Shown here one piece after another: positions 25,882 through 40,035 of a stretch of 64,000 nt of DNA. Below the pieces are notes generated by a model that was not told the DNA's origin, searched no databases, and saw only the letters and a program-made list of their open reading frames with translations. The position numbers were made by a program, and so were the translations under genes. Within the stretch, counting starts at the first letter, position 1, and each line of letters begins with the position of its first letter. The stretch comes from Callorhinchus milii. Its lineage: Eukaryota. The stretch lies in the NCBI RefSeq assembly GCF_018977255.1, contig NW_024704742.1, forward strand, positions 56,856,001 through 56,920,000. The letters are read 5' to 3'.

Positions 25882-28250
25882 TTGTCAAGCATTTGCAGGC
25901 CCCCAAAAACTAGCTTTTGCAATGTTGGCTTTCAGCCAATTTTCCCATGTTGAACAGCTGTATTGCTTAATATTGCTCATCTGGCTTACTAGCTCCTGTT
26001 GAGGCATGATGAAATCCCAATTATGGTGGCCACTATATCAGTAGCTGATATAATTTTGATAACACTAATGAAGTTGCATTTTCCATGAATGCCATTTATT
26101 AATGCCAGGCAATCATTTACTATACTTTCAAAAAAATTACTGTCCACATTTAAATGGAGGTCGAATGTCCGTGCATTTCCAACCAATATTATTTGGAGAG
26201 ATTTCAATCCATATTGGTTTTAAAGTTCCCCCTTGTTGATATAACTATGCTTTGAATTGTGTTAACAAGGGGGACATTAAAACCTATTCTCATCCAGCCT
26301 CTCAGAACAATACTGGTTGAAGAAAACAATCTGAACAATATTTGAAACTTTTTGTTGAGATGCAGCTGCAAATCATTTTACATTAAGTGTATTTTAAATC
26401 CTTAGAATATCTCCTATATTAAGTTTGCAGTTCTCACTTTCTGTTTTGATACATTTTCACACCAAAGATTACTTATGTTTCCTTTGGATCAACCTGTACA
26501 TGTTAATTGGTGCACACTTGTCAATCTTCAGTCATTCAACTTTTTGTGGCTATAAAACAGGCCTGTAAAGCTGAATCAATGCAACAATATTAAAACCAGG
26601 CACCCCCATTCTTCAAAGCTCAGTCAAGTGGTTTAATGGCTACAGCTTGAAGCTTATAGTGCAACCATTTCAATAGAGTTGGGAACTGTTCACCTGCAAT
26701 AGTTATCAACTAGGAAAGAAAAAAACATTAAAGAATAGAGGAAAAAGAGAATAGAAGGGGGAAGGGGTGATAGCCACAGTTAAAGTTTTTGATTTTTAGT
26801 GTGTGGAGATGGGGCAATAAATTGGACAAGCCAGAGAGTAAGCCTTGTTGCTTCACCTTTGGTTTCATACTGATAGGAAGAGAGCCTCTTGTTTCCATTA
26901 GCTGCGAAGGCCTTGCATGAAATCTGCTTGAGTTCCACCAATCCTGTTCCTATTAGGCACAGTTCACAATTCAACACATATTTTAGATTTTTTCTTAGAT
27001 CAGGGTATGAAGGGATATGGAGCAAGGGCGGGTAATTGGAGTTGAAGTACAGATCAGCCATGATCTAATAAAATGATGGAACAAGCGCGAGTGGCTGAAT
27101 GGCCTTCTCCTGCTCCTATATTTTTATGTTTCTAAGTCATGGTCAATGGGAGCGGAAAACATTTAAAATTTCATCCTCAAGCAGAAGTGGAGAAGAAGTT
27201 TTGCAACCCTTATTGAGGCAAACTAAAGTGCACCTTACATTGCAATACAATGTTCTGTGCTTGACCCGGGCGACCTTAATGCTGATATTGGGTCCAATGT
27301 TTAACTTTGTTCCTTTGCTGGGTTCCAAGATGCTATGAAGGGCACTGTATAAATGCAAATTGTTGTTGTTGTTAATAGGAATCCTTTTAGAATTATCATC
27401 AGCACACTCCCAAACTATGCTCCAGAAATAGATCACATTCGAGTGGAGTTCCCACATACTTGTGGTTGCTGGAAGGAATCTCCATTTGCATGAACTGGAT
27501 ATTTATTAAGGGATTCTATTACAAATTACCACAAAACACCACAATTTGGACCCCACTCAGTGAAAAAGGTGTTGGGTGGGGGCAGGCATGTTCCATTCAG
27601 CAATATTGATAATCATAATCTTTTATCAAAGAGAAAATTTATCTTTGAAATAACAATGCGAAAGTTATGCTATCAATTGACTGGAACATATCGATTTTAT
27701 CATGAGGAGTTTGAATGAAAACCCAGCAACTTTATTTTGATTTAGCTTGGGCAGTTGAAGTGCAGACTTTCCAAAATGTGTTACTTCAATCCTCAAATGT
27801 TGAGTGTTGTGCTGGTGGCATGATCATGTCGTAAAGCAATGAAGCAAACATTTTCAATCAGGACTGGCTTATTTAAAACTGACAGTGGCTATTGTTAATG
27901 ACTGTTCCTTTTTTTCTCTTCCTCCATGTAAAATCTAGTATTACTGCCAGGATATATCAAAAGTTCGATTTATTTTATTTTTGCCTAAAATAATAGCAAA
28001 ACACATCTATCACAGTACAGCTTTCATTTAAAAAAAGGATTTAGCTGCATAATCACTCAGTAATAATCCAAACGTGCGTGGTATTATAATTTGGAAGCAG
28101 ACTATGTGTTGAAAGGAAGAGAAGGAAAGCTGTATGCACTAATGAAGTGATCACAGCCATTAACAGCCAGGTGCATGGTGTGCCTACTCCTGCTTATCAG
28201 CTGCAGCATGAATTGTAGCTTTGTGTACTTTGTGCCCCTTTTACATGCAG

Positions 28251-28438
28251 GAATTCAAACCGCTTGGAAACTCCCATAACAGAAAAGCCCAGCCGTTTTT
28301 TACTGCACAAAACATTGATGACAAAAGGCAGATTGTGAGTTCCAGCTACAATTCACCAATTGGTCTCTATTCTGCTGGCAATATACAAGATGCCCTTCAT
28401 GGACAGATGCGTGGCCTTATCATTGATCCAAAGGAAAA
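28251..28438 (+). CDS. PDLIM3: PDLIM3 alternative exon 4 (ZM motif; smooth-muscle/cardiac-type isoform)
   Basis: atgcag acceptor and AA|gtaagt donor. [62 protein letters not shown], 188 nt, phase 0 to 2. Confidence 0.95.
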
Positions 28439-29038
28439 GTAAGTATGGGGTTTGGATTCTGCTGCGTCTCTATGTCTTGTCTCACAGTCTTTGTTTTTCT
28501 ATTTGGTCCAGCTCTTGCTACTTGTACCCATTCTCTAACTAAAGTAATAAGTTATCCTCTATGACAATCATATGTTTAGTGGGAAAAAACAACTTTAGGA
28601 AAAGTCAGTTACTTTAAACAGGCGACAGAATGGAAATAAACTATAGGAAAAAAATTACCTCGAATGTTATTTGACAAAAGTAAAGGCAGGGTCAAGATTG
28701 AAAAAGATTTTGAAGTTCGAGCTAACAATTTAGCTTGTCTCAGTTTGTGTTGTTTTGAAAAGATATATATTTTAATACACACAGGTACGTTTGGTCGATA
28801 TGATTTTAAGTCAAACTTGTGCACTGTTGTACTGGTGGCATGGTCATTATTTGTTATCATGTGAGGTACGGAAACAAATCATTCCTTTTTTTACCTTATT
28901 ATAGATATATATATTGTATGAAATCCAGTGTCTAATAAAGTGAAAATATTATTTTGAGACTGAGCATTGAACATCCTGCTTTTACTGCCTATTAAGGTTA
29001 GATGTCCTATGTTATCTTTACCCATTTTTTCCTTACAG

Positions 29039-29109
29039 GAACTAGGCTACTTTGAACACAAGTTCAATGTCAGACCCAAACCCTTCTCAGTAGTTTCCAC
29101 CTTGACCAG
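29039..29109 (+). CDS. PDLIM3: PDLIM3 alternative exon 5 (skeletal-muscle-type isoform)
   Basis: Polypyrimidine tract plus ttacag acceptor. ELGYFEHKFNVRPKPFSVVSTLT resembles NYFEHKHNIRPKPF. Weak donor AG|gtttta gives the phase 2 needed for exon 6. Confidence 0.88.
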
Positions 29110-32100
29110 GTTTTACACGTTATCTTTAATAAATTGCATGTGTTTTGTCTTGAATATTTATAGTATTCTGAAAGTGGAACAAGGGAAATTTTACATATGC
29201 GTTGCAAAAATTAAGATTTTTTAAAATAAACCTATTCACTTCATAAAGATCAACAACCACATTTAAAAAGAATATTCAATTGCAACTTTTGAAATTTAGC
29301 GTGTACTCTGTCAAATTATTTTAATTTCATCAAAAGGATTGTACAGCTATTTTTACAAAAATTTTAATGCAATTGATCACTTCTGTGCGATATTAACTGA
29401 TTCTCCAAAGATTAATAGCGTTCTCATAACAGACAAAATTCAAAAAATGTTTCATAAATTTAATTTAGGGGGGAAATTATTTAATCCCTTGATCCTCTCT
29501 GTTAAAAAATGTGATTTATATGATCTATTGTGCATTTTCATGGTTGAGTAAATTGTGCTGGTATATATATGTGCTTTGATATATCAGCTCTAGGACTCAG
29601 CATGTCATACCAAGTCTTGACTAATGTCTTCTCTCCAGTTCTTGCATGTTTGTATATTTCTTATTTATTTCTCCACCAATAGTGACTGTACTTTGTAGGC
29701 AAATGCAGCAGCCAATTTTGCACACAGCAATGTCCCGCAGACAGCCATGAAATCAATAACCAATTTTATCTGGAGATTGTTGGCCAATTATACCAGAAAA
29801 GATCCCTTGTATTTTTGAATCATTAACATCCACCCACAGGCAAAAGGGATCTTGATTTCACGTCTTATCCAAAGAATAACACCTCCAGCAGATCAGCACA
29901 CAGCCAGCACTGCCCTGGAATGTCAGCTTAGACTACCAAACAATGTGATCACTATTAGTGTTGCGGGTGTACTGCATTGTCGGAGGTACATTACTGTATA
30001 ACTACAAATAAAAAGATACATTACTGTATAATTGCAAATAAAAAGATTTATCTTTATCATTTGGGCTAGGTAATCAAACAATGACATTATATGCAAAAAT
30101 GATAATAAATAAATCCTTTTATTTGCAGTTAGTTATACAATAGTGTTTTATTTTAATTAGTTATCTATTTTGGCAAAGTGTTCATAATTCATGTTTGCTA
30201 TTAGGCGTAAGCTTTCAAATTTTAAAACAAACTCTAATCCATTCATTTTAAACATTGTTTCACATGAAATAAACCTGTAGAATATCTCATTCAAAATCCA
30301 GTTGGATTTTATAGAACTCTTATTGAGTTTTTAACCAATTGTTCAGGAAATAGTATTTGCACTGTTTCTTTCTTGAACGTAAGCCAGTTTTTTTTTGAGG
30401 GCTAGTAATACAAATCTTTTCTGTCTCTGAACTCAGGATCACCTAAAGAAAGTGACTAAAGTGTTGATCCTGTACAAAGTGTTAAATTTCAATTCTGGAT
30501 TGTGCCATTCGCTACCCAAGACATATAAAGTAAAGGCACTTTATTGTACACAGTCCAAAAGCCTCCTACTAATTATAGAGAAAGTTCAAGAGATTGGAAT
30601 GAAATCTGATGTTATAAATTCCAAAATGGTAATTCACCTATTGAAAAGAGAATAATAAGCCAAGGGGAAATACTTTACACACAAACAAATCTCCAGTCCA
30701 AGGAGTGAGATTCTTGTTTAACTATATTGTAGACATTTTCAAAGACTGCAAGGAATGCAGACAGCTTGAAATCCTACTCTGGACAAAGACAACTCAGAGA
30801 CATTCGTTCCCCTTGCTTCTAGGAAAGAAACAACAAAAGCAGCGGGAAAACCTGTTCCCTTCCTACAGTCTTCCCATTAAATGCCCAAAAGGTTCCAATT
30901 AGCTGCGTTCCTAAAGTGATCTTTTCTGAAAATAATTATCACTACAAAGATTTGCATTATGAAGATTTAGCAAGGACAAAAGTCATACAACAGTCTCCTT
31001 TGGAGTTGAAAATTTAATATTCACTGTATTAATAGAGCGAATAAAATTGAGATTCGCTGTGAAATTCAGTTTTAGAAAAATCCCGATTCTGAGGCTTTCA
31101 AAGAACCATTCTGCAACAGACGTTTACCTTCCAAACATATGCAGGAGGTTTCAGGTTTTTTTCTCATCCCAGAAATGTATGAATGACTTTAAATTGTGTT
31201 TGCATGAACTATTAACACAACCCCCTGAAAATTGTATATTTTAAACACACGTGAAAAAAATAGTACCACAATAAACTACTAATCTTGCATAAAGGAAAGC
31301 AGCATGTGTAAAGCTGAATCCTGAATGGACCTGTATTGTAATGCATCTTATTATATAAAGTGGACTTTGATCGTGCTTATGGTCACCTCCCCATCCCCCC
31401 TCCCCCTGGCTCAGTGTCAGACTCCACCACTTTCAAGCGCTCTGAGATGCTACCCCGTGTGAAGGACATTATATAAATGCAGGTTGTTGTTGATAATTGC
31501 ACTGCAGTCTGTAAACTGAAAAATTCTTTCAATCTAATAATGTTTGACCTTCTCGTTAACTATGTTTTGTAATATTTTCACCGTCTTGAAAATTAAACTT
31601 TTTTATATAAAGGCAAACTAAAAATTAAATCTAAGCCTTAAAGTTGCATTATCTCATTTGTGATAGTTCAGATTTGCCACTTTTCTAAGCTAAATAGAAC
31701 TTTTGAACATTTGCCTATACAATATATTTCATTGCAGGTATTCCTTCATTTTGTGATTGAATAATATACAAGCCTCTTAATTTCTCATGAAAAAAGATAC
31801 TGCAACATAAGCAACTATGATATCACATTACGCATCCTAATCCCTAGTGTTTATTGCTCAATATGAGAAACCTTCAAATTGAGACTTTAGGTGAAACTAT
31901 ACAAACTAATAGCGTGTGTTGTGTATGTGTGCTAAAAGAGAAGGCTGTATTACCAGCCTTTCCTTTAGCAATGTCTTTCAAACTCACATTATACATGAAA
32001 GAGTTAAGGCAAGCAGATGAATTACACTTTTTGGTGTTGGCAAACAGTTTAGTGGCACAAAGAAACAGACCTTTTTTGTAGTATTGCTGATTATCTATTT

Positions 32101-33003
32101 CTCCTCTTTCAACCATAATAGCAATATAGAATTTTAAAGCCAACCCTCTTAAGAAAGGAATTGGGATCCCTGGAGCCAAAATTGCAATATTCCTAAACAC
32201 ACTGTATTTCCTATTTTAAGGAACACCATTTAAAATCTATTTTGAAATACTGCTCACATAGTGATAATCCAATAATGGTAACATCAAAACCTGTTAAAAG
32301 GCACTGAGCAGTGCCATTTTGGATTCTGCTTAATGGGAAATCATTTTCAAATGGCAAAAAAAAATGCCTTTCTGAGCATTTCCAATGGATGCAGGCCTAA
32401 CTCAATCTTAACTCAAAGCAGACTAAGCACAGAGAGATAATTTTCCTTGCTCACAAATGGCAACTGTTTGCACTGTTTGTAATCCATTGAATTGTGTTTG
32501 GCATAATGTTAACAGGAATATTGTAACAGCATTCTCCCAATAACCTAAGTGACTAAATGAGGGCAATGTTTGTGAGGAATTCAATGTCCAGTTGTTCAGA
32601 TCACAAAACTAATTTGTCAGGTAATTTAGCTGTGTCCATGTTAAAACATCATCGGCACATTGATGGGCCACATGATTTACCAGGACTGTTATTTCTGAAG
32701 TCCGGAATTGTGTGTTCTGTATTAGTTGTCCTGCAAATCTGGATTAAGAATGTTCAGTGATAGCTATGGATTTGCAGGGAAGAAACATGTCTCACTTGAA
32801 GCATTCTTGATCTTTAAGCACTGAAACAAGAAGATGTGATTTAGAAATCATTGCTAAGTATTTCTAATGCATCTTCTCCTTAAACTTTTAAAAAAATATT
32901 TTCTGTTGTGTATGTGTTTTTAATATTGTATATTTCTGTCGCTCTCTTTTTGTGGCCATGTCATGTCCTTTGCAATTTTCTGGCTCATATTCCCGGTGGC
33001 CAG

Positions 33004-33261
33004 TGATGGGTGCAGTTCACCGTCACTTGTAGGTGGGAGAAGTGGGTGCAATTCTCCCTCTGTGACTGGTAGCGTTGACCTCAGTGAATTGAAAGCTGCA
33101 ACAAAATTTACCCTCAATAGACCAATCGAAATGGAACTCCCAGGCATCAAGATTACACATGCTCAGTTTAATTCTCCCATGCAGCTGTATTCTGAGGACA
33201 ACATTGCTGAAGTGTTGGAAGAAAAGGTTACCATGGCTGTTGGTGCACCTTTGCAAATAAG
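33004..33261 (+). CDS. PDLIM3: PDLIM3 alternative exon 6 (second ZM motif)
   Basis: ggccag acceptor and AG|gtaatt donor. DGCSSPS...PIEMELPGIKITHAQFNSPMQLYSEDNIAEVLE, phase 2 to 2. Confidence 0.93.
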
Positions 33262-35927
33262 GTAATTGAAGTTAAAGTATGCCCCTTTTGTGATTTGGCA
33301 GCTCCAAATCTCTGCCACAAATGCCCTTGAAAACCTCATTGACTGTGTTACTCTATTCTGTACGGTAAATACATTCAAAGTCAGACCTTTTTTTTAAGAG
33401 GAATAAGTTGTAAATTACAGGCACCATGATCACCCAGGAATATGTTTTTATTACCATAACTGTACAATAAATGGCTGATAAATGCTGCAAATTGAACCCC
33501 AACTTCTGACAGCAAGCAAGTCATCAACCTAATATTCAGACTCCTCTGACATCACTTAAATCGAGCCAACATTCATATATGAAAGGAGGTAGATACTTGG
33601 GATGTAAGACTATGAAGAGATACGTAGAAAAAGCAGTGAACAAGGAAATGGATTTAAAATATCTGCCATGATTTAATAATATGGTATAACTTGTTCATTG
33701 AGCTAAACAGATATTCCTGTTGCTTTTGTTTTGTTTCTACAAACCATTAATTTTCCTCTTCACGCCCCTGTTCATTAATACTCTAGTACATAATTCATTT
33801 TCACTGCCTGGGCTCTGGTTAATTGCATTTTCAGTTTTTCAAGGTTACATATGTGCATTTTGGTTTGTACATTTAGTTCAAACTGCTGAGCAATATGAAC
33901 AAAACTGAGGCCTAACAGATGTTACAACTTTTTTGGAGACAATCAATCAAACAGAATAAGTGAGAAATTAGATCATCAGAACGTTCTATTCTGTTTAGTG
34001 TTAAAGCAAATTTCAGCCTCCTTCATTTCTCTGTTATCTCCTTTTTGCTCGATCCCTCCTTGAGAAGTATAGGCGGTCTTATTAGTGTGTCTCGAGAGAT
34101 TCATCCAAAGGGAAGGCATATCTACCGTGACATCATCATCATCAATCGCCTCTTACCCTGGTGCATTAGAATTACATTCAATGTTACAGCATAGAACAGG
34201 CCATTTGACCAAACTCAAGACCCTGTTAACACGACCAAAAGAAACTTCCACATTACATCTTTAGTTTCTTGAAGATGCTCCTTCCAGTGAAGGGATGAAA
34301 CACCAAAACATCACCCCAACAATAACTTGTCCTTCATATAAACAGGGTGAGAAGACAGACTTCTCCACCCCAGGTTTTGAGAAATAATACATTAGATTCT
34401 GACTGTATTGAAGAATTTCTCAAAATTCTGCACAAATTTATATTTGAAAACCATGTCCTGAAGACTAAGACACAAGAATGTTTTGGCCTTTGATGAAATA
34501 TGTCATCACACAATGAGCAAACGTTCAATTTAATGGCCTGTTGCAGGATCCAGTGCGATCTTTAGTGAAGGTATATGCATGGAGGTAGTTTCAAAGGCAT
34601 CTTTTGTGAGCGGGAAGGGATGAGAAATAGAAGGTGTGAAAGGAGATATCCGTTGCAGGGCATCTGCTTCTTTGTTTTCGACAACGAATCTGAGAAAAGT
34701 CAAGATTCAATCCAGCATTGTACAAACCCGACACTGAACAATCCAAACCAAAAACAGTTTGACAAGTGAAACATCCTCAATGGCCAGTTAGTTGAAGGCG
34801 TTATTTAAGGATTTGCCTTTTTATCTGAAATAGGAGAAGTCCTGGTTAAAATCCTTGAAGATGGATTGTGGAACGTAGATCCATAATTAACTTATTACAT
34901 CATGCATTATAATTGATGCTAAATGTCATACACAGGAGAGGGGAGCAGAAACCTTCAATATCTGCTTGGGTTTAGATCAGAACCACTTGATCACAAATCC
35001 AACCATAATACGGGTAAGAGACAAACCTATTTATTTCTCTGGAAAAAAACATTAAAGGAGCATTGTTCATTAGTAAATATATGCTCTGAGTATAGAAGTA
35101 GAAACAGACTGTCCATCAATAGGGCACACTCCACTCTTTCAAATGCCTTTTCAGCATCATCAATTAATGGTGAAGTTGGATCTTTCAGATGGGTTTATTT
35201 TCATGTTGACAGTAAAAGTACTTGCAAAACATATGAAGCTTTCTGAGTGGATCATCAAAAAGAATGTCAAGCTCCATCCCAGCCTCAGCAAGACATCCAG
35301 AAGAATCAAAGTACCATTGCTTCTATATCTGCTTCCGGATTGACGATTACTTCTCTCTTTCTGGAAATATAGAATGATTTTGCTTCTTACAAAAAAAAGT
35401 CTTTACATTTTCCAGCAGCCAAAAAGATGAATGAGATGGATGAATCTCAGAAGTGCAACAGGTCTCCAGAAGCTGTGCCAAATGAAGCTGAATGTGTGCA
35501 AGAAATAGCTCACCATCTGGAAGAGTTGCAAGTGATGCCAAACAAGCATGACAAAGGCTGAGATAATCAAATGAGTGTTAGCTCTGGTCAAGAAGGCAAT
35601 TGTTTAATCACAGACAATTGTATAACCATGGCTGGCATTCAATATACCTGAACTGGATGAAACTCTATTTCATTTGATACCTAATATTGCTTAAACTACA
35701 GATAACTAAATGATCTGTTCATTTGAAGCAAGTTTCCTCTTTCAGACATTAGTTATACTTGTTTCTATATTAATGAGCTTGCTTAAGTATTGTTGTTAAG
35801 ATTGCTTCAATGTAGAGTTAATTGGTGGACTTGCTGAATATATTGGTTGCCTTGTCCATGTTTGCTTAGAGATTTTGTCTGTTTATTGTGGCTTTACTTG
35901 TAACTAGAAAAATTGTCATCTTAACCT

Positions 35928-36052
35928 TATTTTATTATTATTACATTTATTATTATTACAATATTATTATTATTACAATATTATTATTATTATTACAATA
36001 TTATTACAATATTATTATTATTACAATATTATTATTACAATATTATTATTAT
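35928..36052. repeat. AT-rich simple repeat (TTA)n-CAATA
   Basis: Visible tandem ttattattacaata units. Confidence 0.9.
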
Positions 36053-36609
36053 CAGTGTTTCCCATAATTCTTCACACTTCCATGTCTCTCAGCTCGTTCG
36101 CTCTAGCAGGCTGATAGACTTATCAATCATTTGCTGCAGTAGTAACAAAATGCAATGCTCAAAACTGACTCCAAAATTCTCATAATCACCTCCTAAATAC
36201 CCACCATGAAAAGTAACAATTATCTTCAAAAGAACTGTTGAAAACCAACTTCAAAATTAAAACTTAATATAAGAAGCTTCAAAAATTCTGAACATCATAA
36301 ATTTGGGGATAATGGTCTTAAGGCTGAGACCATGAGAAAGTTTGAACCTCTGAAGCTTTAAAAAAGTTAACTTTTCAGATAAAGTGGAACCTATAAAAGA
36401 AAATAAATTGTTCACTTTTAAAAAATTATTTTTGCTGTTAACCAGCTTATTACCATTTCACAAAAAAAATCAACAGCCTGTTTAAAAAGTGGGAAGAGGC
36501 AAGATACAATTCTTCTAAATCCTGTTTTAGCACCAAACAATATCCAACACTTCAAATCCAATCGCAAACCACTTTGTTTTGAATCCTCAGAGTGAACCAA
36601 ACTTCCAGC

Positions 36610-37075
36610 CTCATAACAACAACAACTTGGATTTATATAGCGCCCTCCACGCCAGATGGGATCTCAGAGTACTTTACAGTTTAGGATCCCGGGACCGAGC
36701 CAGGGGGGAAGGGGAGGAAGGTGACCAAAGACGCAGTCGAAAAGAAAGGTCTTCAGCAGAGACCTGAAAATGGGAAGGGAGGGAGCGAGACGAAAGGAGT
36801 GAGGAAGGCAGTTCCATAGCCTCGGGGCACAGGCATGGCTGCCGAGGGTGGAGCGGAGCACTCGGGGGACAAGGAGGAGGATAGACCCGGAGGAACCAAG
36901 GCAACGGGTATTGTGCTGAGGAGAGAGGAGGTCAGAGAGGTAGGGGGGTGCAGAGGAGTGCAGGGACTTGAATACGAGGGTGAGGATCTTGAAATCGATC
37001 CTCTCTGGGGTAGGCAGCCAGTGCAGTCTGGCAAGGACTGGAGTGATCGGGGAGCGGAGTTTCGTGTGGATGAGA
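36610..37075 (-). mobile_element. L2 LINE 3' fragment
   Basis: ITPVLARLHWLPTPERIDFKILTLVFKSLH..LWNCLP..LKTFLFD, with (TTG)n tail. Confidence 0.92.
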
Positions 37076-37551
37076 ACACTATCCCACATCCCAATCTTAC
37101 ACATTACAGCTAAATCTCCAGCTTTTAATCCTTGACTTAGATCACCAAGGATTCAAGAATTTCTTTTTTATTAGTTGTTTCAGGCTTTCCTGCCCTGATC
37201 CTCACAAAAGAGCAAGGCTTTTCCAGCAGCAACGTGCAAACCCAGTGTCCTCTGTTCAACACTGCTCATATTGTTCAGTTTATTCCGACTAGAAGCAGCT
37301 TTATCTCTGAAAGCCTGGTTCCAAACTTACAAGAAGGTTGAAACAAAAGATTCCATATCAGTATCAATCACAGAAATTTGCCAATAGAGTAGAAAAAGTA
37401 ATATTAGAAAGTGACAAATATTATTAAATTGAATCCTTAGAAGATCTTCATCATCACAGTTCAGTTCAGAGATTTTTGGTTGTTATTCAAAAGCATTTTG
37501 CAAACATTGCAAGCTTCTCGACAGCTTATAATGACTTGTGTGTTCATACAG

Positions 37552-37685
37552 CATTGAGCCAGAACCACCAGCTCAGAACTCCGATGTGTACAAGATGCTA
37601 CATGAAAATGAGGAGTCCAGTCATGAGCCAAGACAATCTGGGTCATTCCGAGCAATCCAGGATCTCCTGCAGACAGATGAAAGTG
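37552..37685 (+). CDS. PDLIM3: PDLIM3 exon 7
   Basis: atacag acceptor and G|gtgagt donor. IEPEPPAQNSDVYKMLHENEESSHEPRQSGSFRAIQDLLQTDES carries the ALP-family SDVYxML...PRQSGSF motif. Confidence 0.95.
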
Positions 37686-38819
37686 GTGAGTGTAACAATC
37701 ATCCTTGCATTTCATATAGCATCTTGTCACCTCACAACACCTCAGATTAATTTACAATAGTTAGTGGTGTGCAGTGACTGTGTGTTTATAGGCAAAATGT
37801 AACAGCCAATTTGCACACAGCAATGTCCTATAAACAGCCAGGTAGTGAATGATCAATCTAACTAGAGGAATGTGGGCATTTATATAGTGCCCTTAACTCG
37901 GGTAGCATCCTGGAATGCTTAACAATGGTGTAGATTGACATTGAGCGGGGAGAAGGGGACAGTTGAGGAAAGTCTTCAAGTGTGATCTTGTGCAAGGAGG
38001 TGGAAATGTGGAGGGATCGAGGCAGGATATTCCAAACGGCTCAAAGAGATACTCCATTTCTCTTCATTATCCTGGCTCAGTGGTAGCACTCCCACCTCTG
38101 AGTCAGAAGGTTGTGGGTTCAAGCCCCACCTCGGGACTTGGAATCACATAGTTTAAACTGACACTCCACTACAGTGGTGGAGATGTATTGCATTGTCGGA
38201 GGTGCCATCCTTCAGTTGAGGAATTAGACTGAGGTCTCTTTCTGTTTGTTCAGGTGGATGTTAAAGATCATATGTCACTATTTGAAAAGAGAAGGGAGTT
38301 TATTCCTGTGTCCTGGCAATTCCCCCAAATAAAATTGGTTAATCATTCCAAGGCATTGCTATGCTCAAACTAGCTGCTGTGTTTTGCCCACAAAATACCC
38401 CATCAATCCACTTTACTATATATCCTGTTAAGTGCTTTGAGACATCTCAACAACCTAGTAAGGAACTATATCAAATACAGGGATTATTACCAAATGCAAG
38501 GATTATTATAAATGGTGTCATGGCTCTTATCTCTTGTCTTCTCCGGTCATGTGAGGCTTGGTTACACTCAAATGATTTGGGGCAGGGGTAAGTGGTGTTT
38601 CCTTGTAGTTGAGCTGGCTCCAAGGTGACGTGCTTGGCAAATGGAACGTTGGAATCAAATCACCCATATATGGGGGTCTTGGAAATCCAGTTCCAGAGAC
38701 AAAACAAGTCTAAGGCATTGATGTCATCAGGCTATCAAGCGAAAACAGATATGGCAGGAAGGAATGTGAATTATTTGTTGAATTATTTGACAGATCAACT
38801 CTGGAAAATAAATATTATT

Positions 38820-39144
38820 GGAGTCCTGTAGCTCAGTGGTTAGAGCACTCGCTTTGCAAGCGAGAGACCTGAGTTCAATTCCAGGCACAGGGCAAAACCT
38901 TGGGCAAGTTTCCTTACTCCACACGCCTAATAATAATAATCCCTCCAAAAAAACAAAACAATAATAAATTGGTCATTTTCAATCCACGACTGTTTGTGGG
39001 ACATTGCTGTGCGCAATTGGCTGCCGCGTTCGCCCACAAATATACAGTCAATTCACTTTACAGTGTGTTCTGTGAAGCGCTGTGGGACGTCCTCCCGACG
39101 TGAAAAGCGCTATATCAAATGCAAGGATTATTATTATTATTATT
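38820..39144 (+). mobile_element. Full-length young tRNA-derived SINE
   Basis: Near-identical to the 25552 copy. Confidence 0.95.
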
Positions 39145-39370
39145 AAACAAAAGCAAAGTAGGGGTCAAAACTGGATGTCATCCTATACTTCAAGCACTCA
39201 ATCATTGTTGGCAGCTACTCTTCCTCCATGTTGTCCCGTGATTATAAACCTTAAAAACAGTAAACATCACAAATATGATCTTACACAACCACTCCAAAGT
39301 ACTCATGTTGCTTCAAACAAATGTATTGATTAAGTTCCAAAGAAAGCAGAATCTAAGAAGTGAGGAGTTC

Positions 39371-39388
39371 ACTGCCACCTAGTGGCCA
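39371..39388 (-). promoter_or_regulatory. CTCF-binding motif
   Basis: Reverse complement TGGCCACTAGGTGGCAGT fits the CTCF core CCRSYAGRKGGCRS. Confidence 0.6.
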
Positions 39389-39914
39389 TATAGCAAAAGC
39401 ACTAAAATACAACTAATTCTGACTTTGAGTTAATTAATACCAGCAATAATAGTGATTAGAATCTTTACATTCGCTATAATAGCTTTCACGTCAGAATTAT
39501 GTCCCAAAGCACTTCACAGTACTGTAAAATATATTTTATTTTGTGGGTGAAAGCACTGCCACTCTGCACACAAAGTGAGGGACCAATTTTATTTGGGGGA
39601 TTGTTGGCCAGGACACCGGGAGAAACTCCATTCTCTTTTCTAATATTGGCATGGGATATTTAACATCCACCTGAATACGCCTTGATTTAATGTTTTATCC
39701 AAATGACCGCAATCTCTATCAACGCAGCACACCCTCGGTACTGCATTGGAGTTGTCAGCTTAGACTATTATCAGTTCCAAGTCCCGACATTGGGCTTGAA
39801 TCCACAACCTTGTGATTCAGAGGAGAGAATGCTACCAACTAACCCAGTCTACAGTTGAACACTTAAAAAGACTGCAAACCTTACCCCACTATTTTTAATC
39901 TAATTTTACTTCAG

Positions 39915-40035
39915 ATGATCAAGGTCAACGCCCTACAGGCACTAGAAGCGTGAAGGCTCCTGTGGCAAAAGTCGGTGGTTCCCCAGCAAGTGTTCAAAAG
40001 CTGCCGCTGTGTGATAAGTGTGGTAATGGAATAGT
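39915..40035 (+). CDS. PDLIM3: PDLIM3 exon 8 (start of LIM domain)
   Basis: cttcag acceptor and GT|gtaagt donor. [40 protein letters not shown]. Confidence 0.95.

Noticed and set aside
26017..38673. Perfect CArG boxes at 26017, 32269 and 38664 inside PDLIM3
   Set aside because: At this AT content a handful of CC(A/T)6GG matches is expected by chance in 64 kb, and there is no clustering evidence.
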